In this document: in pieces, positions 58,770-64,000 of the stretch
Position numbering within the stretch: position 1 is the first letter of the stretch
How the letters are laid out: each line of letters begins with the position of its first letter
Assembly (NCBI GenBank): GCA_965205265.1
Contig: CBDBGH010000003.1
Location: 480,001-544,000 of the forward strand
Origin: Alphaproteobacteria bacterium
GTDB lineage: Bacteria; Pseudomonadota; Alphaproteobacteria; Bin95
Reading direction: 5' to 3'
DNA length: 64,000 bases
Position numbers and translations under genes: made by a program
The notes under the pieces: generated by a model
The model's input: the letters and a program-made list of their open reading frames with translations, nothing else
Told to the model about the DNA's origin: nothing
Databases searched by the model: none

Positions 58770-60479
58770 ATGAAGCGCCGTACAGGACAGCATGCGACCG
58801 TCCCGCTTCGCCCTCCCGACCGCGTTATGCGCCTGGAACGGATGGGCGCATCCTTCCAGACGAGGCTGAGCTTCATGCGCCAGCTGGTCCGCCGGATGCA
58901 CAGGGAACGGTGGCGGCTGGAACGCCTGCGCTTCGAGCTCGACGCCGACGGGCTGGGCTTTGCCGTCTATGCCGCACACGCCCCGGCGCGGACCTACTCC
59001 CTGGTCGCGTTTACGCACGGGATCGGCGCAGAGGAGCGCACCGACCGGGTCATTGCGGAGGCCTGGGATGCGACCTTCTCGCTCTTCGACGGCGTGCCGG
59101 ACGCCTCGGATATCGAACGCCTGCGCGAGAACACGCCGAAACAGGAAGCCGGACGGTTCAGAGCCAGCGAGCTGGTGTTGGCGCGGGCGAACAAGAGCAT
59201 GCGCCTGTTCGGGCATGCGGTCGAAAGCCTGGCCGCCGGCAGGCAGCCCGATGCGGACCGCCTTGCCGAAACCGGATATCTCATGCGCACTACGGCCGTT
59301 TACGGCAGCGGCAAGTTCGGCTGCGCCGACCGGGAGAAGATCGCGGACCGGCCGGAAATGCGCGGTCCGTTCCAGGCCGAGTTGCTCACCGTTTACCTCA
59401 TCCGGTGGATGAGCCTCGATCTGGCCAACCATCTGGCGCAATGCCGGGGCGGCGCAGGGAGTGCGGCGCTGGCTCCGGACCATGCACGCTATCTGGGCAT
59501 CGGCAACGCCACCGGGCTTGGAATGGCTCCTTTCCTCATCAGATATCCGGTCCTCGTCAACAATTGGGTCCTGGCGCGGGAGACCGCACTGGCGCGCGTG
59601 CGCGCGCTGCCGTCCGCCGGCGCCGGGGAGACCGCCGGGTTTATGGCTCTCCTGGACCGCGCCCGGCGCTATGTCGGCGAGTGGAACGTGGAGGACGAGG
59701 CGCAGACCGCGCGGATCCGGCGCTTGCAGGCCGATCTCGGCGAATTGGCGGGGTGGTGCCCGGCCGGCCTTGCCGGTCGTTATCCCTGGGATTCCCTGTA
59801 CCGCTTTGCGGAGTCGAATTTCTCGCTCGAGGGGCAGGAATTCACCGTGTCGCTGCTGCTGGAAGGGCACGGCCCGGTGGTGGACGAACTCGGCGAGGAG
59901 ATGAGCGCCCCGGCGCTGTCCCGGCTGAGGCCGGAAATGCCGCTGGGCGAACTCCGCCGTCTGATCGGGGCGCACTATGCCTGGGCCCTGGCGACGGACT
60001 ACACGCGGCCGGAGGCGGTGGAGCGCTTCTGGTACTATTCCGAGGAAAAGCTGGAACCCCGCGTCGGCAATCGCCGCACCGAACCCGGCGCGGAGTTCGA
60101 AATGCCGATCGCCGTCGCCCGGGACATAAGCCGGCTGAACGCGCGCCTGCTCGAATACGGCGACTCGCAAACGGTAGCCGACTTGCTCGCGGAGGCCCCG
60201 GAATACCGCAATACCGTGTGGCGGGTGCAGACGGCCGTTGAATGCCCCTACGGCGAAATCCGCGACAACCTGATTGCGGCCGACCGGCGTCCTCTCGATA
60301 TCCTGCGCTTCAAGCTGGCTTTCTTCGGCGTCTCCAAATTCGATCCGAAGTCCGACCTGTGGACGCGCGTAAACATGTATCAGGGCGCGCCGCTGGCGGA
60401 TGAGATCGCCGGCGGGAGCGCGGAGGAGTGGGCGTTTGCGACCCGGCCCGCGGAGCTTTCCGTGGAGGCGGGACCGTGA
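58770..60479 (+). CDS. conserved hypothetical protein (569 aa)
   Basis: Clean long ORF; conserved-looking blocks RANKS.RLF, GYLMRTTAVYGSGKFG, LGIGNATGLGMAPFL, SEEKLEPR. Confidence 0.8.
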   Translation: MKRRTGQHATVPLRPPDRVMRLERMGASFQTRLSFMRQLVRRMHRERWRLERLRFELDADGLGFAVYAAHAPARTYSLVAFTHGIGAEERTDRVIAEAWDATFSLFDGVPDASDIERLRENTPKQEAGRFRASELVLARANKSMRLFGHAVESLAAGRQPDADRLAETGYLMRTTAVYGSGKFGCADREKIADRPEMRGPFQAELLTVYLIRWMSLDLANHLAQCRGGAGSAALAPDHARYLGIGNATGLGMAPFLIRYPVLVNNWVLARETALARVRALPSAGAGETAGFMALLDRARRYVGEWNVEDEAQTARIRRLQADLGELAGWCPAGLAGRYPWDSLYRFAESNFSLEGQEFTVSLLLEGHGPVVDELGEEMSAPALSRLRPEMPLGELRRLIGAHYAWALATDYTRPEAVERFWYYSEEKLEPRVGNRRTEPGAEFEMPIAVARDISRLNARLLEYGDSQTVADLLAEAPEYRNTVWRVQTAVECPYGEIRDNLIAADRRPLDILRFKLAFFGVSKFDPKSDLWTRVNMYQGAPLADEIAGGSAEEWAFATRPAELSVEAGP

Positions 60480-61225
60480 GCACTGCGGCGACGCCCATGT
60501 CGCTGAACGAAATCGGCTTCTATTTCACCCGCGCGGCCGTCGGGGCGGGCGCGCCGTTCGGACTCGGCGAGGCGTTTGCCGAGACCTCGAAGTGGGTGGC
60601 GTTCCTCGGGCTCGATCCGGCGGCGGTGGCCGTGCCCGCTCTCCACGGGCTGGCTGGCGGCGGAAGCGGCACTGCGTTGACGCTCCGGCGGGCGGGAAAC
60701 GTCATTTCCGTCGGGAGCGGCGACGGTCGAATCCTGTCCGCCATCTATGCAGGCCCGGCAGTCGCCGACCGGCTGCTGGTGGAAGCGGCGCGCACGGGCG
60801 AATGCCGTCTGGCACTGGACGTGACCGACCAGCCGCTCCTGATCGCCGCGGCCGTGGCCTCGGCCGACATTCGCGCAAGCCGGATTGCAATGTCCTGGCA
60901 ATCGCGAACCGGAGGCCGGATCGTCGTCGAGCTGAACCACGGCGTCGCCGCCCTGAACGGTCTGGACGCCGGCACGATTGCAGCACCCGAGCCTGCGAGA
61001 GTCGAGATTGTCCTGAACGGCGCCGGAGCCGAGACGCCGCCTCCGTTGCAAACAAGGACAATACGGCTCGCCGACAGCAGGTCCGGCGCGGTGGAGTGCG
61101 GCGTCGTCATGGATGGTGCGGCCCGGTCCACGGTGTACGACTACTTCAGCAGGTGTCTGGTGCCTTCTACAGGCCGGTCCCGCACGGCGGGGGCCGGCGC
61201 AGGAAATCGGACCGACAACTGCTGA
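60476..61225 (+). CDS. DUF3726-like protein
   Basis: SLNEI...RAAVGAG.PFGLGE N-terminus; SRTAGAGAG C-terminus; GTG overlaps the upstream TGA. Confidence 0.75.
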   Translation: MSTAATPMSLNEIGFYFTRAAVGAGAPFGLGEAFAETSKWVAFLGLDPAAVAVPALHGLAGGGSGTALTLRRAGNVISVGSGDGRILSAIYAGPAVADRLLVEAARTGECRLALDVTDQPLLIAAAVASADIRASRIAMSWQSRTGGRIVVELNHGVAALNGLDAGTIAAPEPARVEIVLNGAGAETPPPLQTRTIRLADSRSGAVECGVVMDGAARSTVYDYFSRCLVPSTGRSRTAGAGAGNRTDNC

Positions 61226-61350
61226 ACGGTGGATGCACGATGGCCTGGGCGGTATCGCCGTTGCCTTCGGTCGGTGCCGTCCCCGGTATTTGCAGGAAAA
61301 CAGGAGATGGCATATTCTGCCAATCGCAATCCAGCGGAGGGAATGCGATT

Positions 61351-61653
61351 ATGCCGACGCGCAATGTCGTTCTTTCGGAACGGCAGGAATCGATGATTGC
61401 AAGGCTGGTGGCTTCCGGCCGCTACCAGAATGCCAGCGAAGTTATGCGGGAAGGGCTGAGGCTCATCGAGCGCCGGGAATCGGAAGATGAGATTCGGCTC
61501 CAGGCTTTGCGCGAAGCAGCGGAAGCCGGTATTGCAGACATCGCTGCCGGGCGCTCCATGGTTTTCGATTCGGGAGCAGCGCTACAGGAATACCTGTCCG
61601 AATTGGCCGACGAGACGCTCGGTAACCGGACGCCGGATGACGACGGCAAGTGA
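61351..61653 (+). CDS. parD: ParD family antitoxin
   Basis: MPTRNVVL, LVASGRYQNASEVMREGLRL, LQALR. Confidence 0.9.
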   Translation: MPTRNVVLSERQESMIARLVASGRYQNASEVMREGLRLIERRESEDEIRLQALREAAEAGIADIAAGRSMVFDSGAALQEYLSELADETLGNRTPDDDGK

Positions 61654-62018
61654 CCTCCGGCGATGCTCGTTGGCGTGTCCGTTTGACTGCGATAGCCGTA
61701 AACGACTTCCGCAACATTCTGGACTGGACATCGGATCGATTCGGCGCGTCTCAGGCGCGTCGATATGCGGAGACGCTGACGGCGGCGCTTCGGGCACTGG
61801 AAGCGGGACCGCATGTTCCCGGTTCGCGAGCGCGCGATGAAATCGGAGAGGGGCTCATGACCCTGCATGTTGCGCGCGGAAGACGGCGGGGGCGGCACCT
61901 CGTTTTGTACCGGATTGGAGGCTCGATAGCGCCTCCGGAGATCGAAGTGCTTCGCCTTCTGCACGATTCGATGGATTTGTCTCGCCATATCGACCGGAAG
62001 GAAAGAGGCGATGGGTGA
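61650..62018 (+). CDS. parE: RelE/ParE family toxin
   Basis: RLT..A..D...I..WT..RFG..QA..Y, HLVLYR, RLLHDSMDL. Confidence 0.88.
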   Translation: MTSGDARWRVRLTAIAVNDFRNILDWTSDRFGASQARRYAETLTAALRALEAGPHVPGSRARDEIGEGLMTLHVARGRRRGRHLVLYRIGGSIAPPEIEVLRLLHDSMDLSRHIDRKERGDG

Positions 62019-62051
62019 CGCCACGGCGCCGCATGCGCGTATTTCGACGCG

Positions 62052-63080
62052 CTATCCGCCGCTCATCCGTGCCTGCGCCGGTTCGCTGCGGCGGGGGCCG
62101 GCGCCGCGGGCGAAGCGGGCGTCATTGTAGATCTTCACCGTGGTGGGCGCGTAGAGCGGCGGGTGCCGGGCGTCCACGCAGGTCCCGATGCAGGCGATCC
62201 GCGCGTCATAGTTCGGCCGCGTGAAATAGCCGATGGAGAGCCGGCGGGAGCGGGACCGCGCCTCCGCCTCGGGCACCGCGACCCGGTGCGGCGTCGAGAC
62301 CCAGCGGTCGTTGGTCCAGCGCATCAGCAGGTCGCCGATATTGACGATGAAGGTGTTGTCGATGGCCGGCGCGTCGATCCAGTCGCTGGCGCGCGGGCGC
62401 ACCTGCAGGCCGCCGGCCGCCGCTTCGTTCCGCAGGATCGTCATCATGCCGAGGTCGGTGTGGACGCCGCAGCGAAGCTGGCCGGGCTCCAGTTCGCGGT
62501 CCGGGGCCGGGTAGTGCAGCAGGCGGAGCTGGCTCGCATGGCGGTCGAGCTTGTCGCGGAACCAGTCGGCTGGCAGGCCGAGCGCCAGCGCGAAATAGCG
62601 GGCGAGCCTATTCGAGAGGTCCTCCAGCGCCAGGAAATAGGCCTTCATGGCGGGTTCCAGCGCCGGCGGCCGGGCGGGCCAGAGATTGGGCGCGAAGTTC
62701 GGATAGGAACGCTGCTGCGAATGGTAGCGGTCGTCCGGGCGCCCGAACGGGCCGATGGCGAACACTTCCTTGAAATCCGGTGGCGTATCGCCGCCATGCA
62801 TCCGCGCCAGCGTCTCCTCGCCATAGGGGATATAGCCCCGGTTCTGGTCGTGCTGCGGCCGGCGCACCGTCATTTTCGCGTCGAGCGGCAGGTCGAAAAA
62901 GGCCTGCGCGGCCTCGTAGAGCGCGGTCTGGACCGCTTCCGGCACGCCATGGTTCCGGACCACGACGAAGCCGATCTCGCGGCAGATCCGGTCGAGGTCC
63001 CGCGCGGCGGAAGCGGTTTCCGCCGGGTCCGGGCTCTCGAAGCGCCCGAGGTCGAAGAGGGGGATCGCCCGGGTCGTCAT
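62052..63080 (-). CDS. isopenicillin N synthase family 2OG-Fe(II) oxygenase
   Basis: GFVVVRNHGV, LRLLHYP, HTD, NIGDLL.RWTN, STPHRV, RLS. Confidence 0.92.
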   Translation of the reverse strand: MTTRAIPLFDLGRFESPDPAETASAARDLDRICREIGFVVVRNHGVPEAVQTALYEAAQAFFDLPLDAKMTVRRPQHDQNRGYIPYGEETLARMHGGDTPPDFKEVFAIGPFGRPDDRYHSQQRSYPNFAPNLWPARPPALEPAMKAYFLALEDLSNRLARYFALALGLPADWFRDKLDRHASQLRLLHYPAPDRELEPGQLRCGVHTDLGMMTILRNEAAAGGLQVRPRASDWIDAPAIDNTFIVNIGDLLMRWTNDRWVSTPHRVAVPEAEARSRSRRLSIGYFTRPNYDARIACIGTCVDARHPPLYAPTTVKIYNDARFARGAGPRRSEPAQARMSGG

Positions 63081-63183
63081 CGCGCCATCTTGCCACGGCG
63101 CGCGGGGCTTGTCTCCCTGCGGCTCGGGCTCGGGCAGGTTCCGGGGTAGAGTCGCCCGGAGCCACGCATCCGGGAGCGATGGA

Positions 63184-63936
63184 ATGCAGGCGGTCGTCCA
63201 CCGCTTTCTGCGGCAAGCTCAGCTCTGGACGGCGATCGGGCTGGTCTCCGTGGCGGGCTGGGCGTTCGTCGCCTGGATGACGCTCGACATGGCGCATCCG
63301 CTCGTCCGCCTGACGATGCCGTTCGATACCGCCTGGCCCTGGGAGACGGCGGCAGCGGTGTTCGTCATGTGGGCGGGCATGATGGTCGCGATGATGCTGC
63401 CCTCGGCCGCGCCCATGATCCTTGCCTTCGACACCGTGGAGCGCGGCGGCGCCGGCGGGACGGCGTCGCGGACGCTCGTCTTCGGCGGGGCCTATCTGCT
63501 CGTCTGGGTCGGCTTCTCTGCGCTGGCGGCGGGCGCGCAGTGGCTGTTGCAGGCGGGCGACCTGCTGACGCCGATGATCGTGAGCAATTCCGACGGACTG
63601 ACGGCGGGGCTGCTCATTCTTGCGGGCCTCTACCAGTTCACGCCGTTGAAGCGGGCTTGCCTGAGGCACTGCCGCACGCCGCTCGGGTTTCTCATGGCGG
63701 AGTGGCGCGAGGGGACGCGCGGCGCGCTCGCGATGGGCCTCAGGCACGGCCTTTACTGCGCGGGATGCTGCTGGACGCTGATGCTGCTGCTGTTCGCGGC
63801 GGGCGTCATGAACCCGGTCTGGATCGTGTTCCTGACAGCCGCGGTCGCGCTCGAAAAATGGCCGCGCCTGCCGGCCTGGCTCACCTGGGCCTACGGTGCC
63901 GCCCTCTTGTTCGCCGGCGCGGCGGTCCTGCTTTGA
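63184..63936 (+). CDS. DUF2182 family metal-binding membrane protein
   Basis: MMVAMMLPS, YQFTPLKRACLRHCR, GCCW.LM, ALEK. Confidence 0.9.
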   Translation: MQAVVHRFLRQAQLWTAIGLVSVAGWAFVAWMTLDMAHPLVRLTMPFDTAWPWETAAAVFVMWAGMMVAMMLPSAAPMILAFDTVERGGAGGTASRTLVFGGAYLLVWVGFSALAAGAQWLLQAGDLLTPMIVSNSDGLTAGLLILAGLYQFTPLKRACLRHCRTPLGFLMAEWREGTRGALAMGLRHGLYCAGCCWTLMLLLFAAGVMNPVWIVFLTAAVALEKWPRLPAWLTWAYGAALLFAGAAVLL

Positions 63937-63952
63937 GCGGCGCCCGCGAGGC

Positions 63953-64000
63953 TTACGGCCCGGTCCAGTCGAACGGGATGTGCTTGGCGGAGTTGACGTC
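63953..64000 (-). CDS. 3' end of a gene running off the window, probably DUF1326 family
   Basis: ...DVNSAKHIPFDWTGP*; DUF1326 typically ends in DWxGP and neighbours DUF2182. Confidence 0.5.
   Translation of the reverse strand, partial: DVNSAKHIPFDWTGP

Overview
A high-GC window that looks alphaproteobacterial (Rhodospirillales-like; inferred from hslVU, recX, the repeat types and promoter style). Most genes are small-molecule catabolic enzymes: amidase, three TauD dioxygenases, two LLM oxidoreductases, three CoA-transferases, two enoyl-CoA hydratases, acyl-CoA dehydrogenase, a BisC-like Mo enzyme, SDRs, kynureninase and agmatinase. Also present are ppk2, recX, ald, hslVU, metY, tRNA-Val(CAC) and three type II toxin-antitoxin pairs (BrnTA, HigBA, ParDE). 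An 1815-bp ISKra4-like element splits an amidohydrolase gene with a 9-bp target duplication, and there is a lone IS630-like HTH ORF plus many CGTC-type palindromic repeats. Signals the ORF track misses: (1) a UGSC-type selenoprotein read through an in-frame UGA (54541) with a SECIS-like hairpin, next to a CxxC-ended partner; (2) a 51-aa ArfA-like ORF after the tRNA with nested hairpins before its stop; (3) a MITE-like element with 17-bp IS4-like ends joined at one fixed REP position; (4) a promoter-like motif CC(A/G)TGACA-N11-TCCGGGCTA found four times; (5) two paralogous membrane-anchored repeat coiled-coil proteins. All family calls come from motif recognition by eye, not from database searches.
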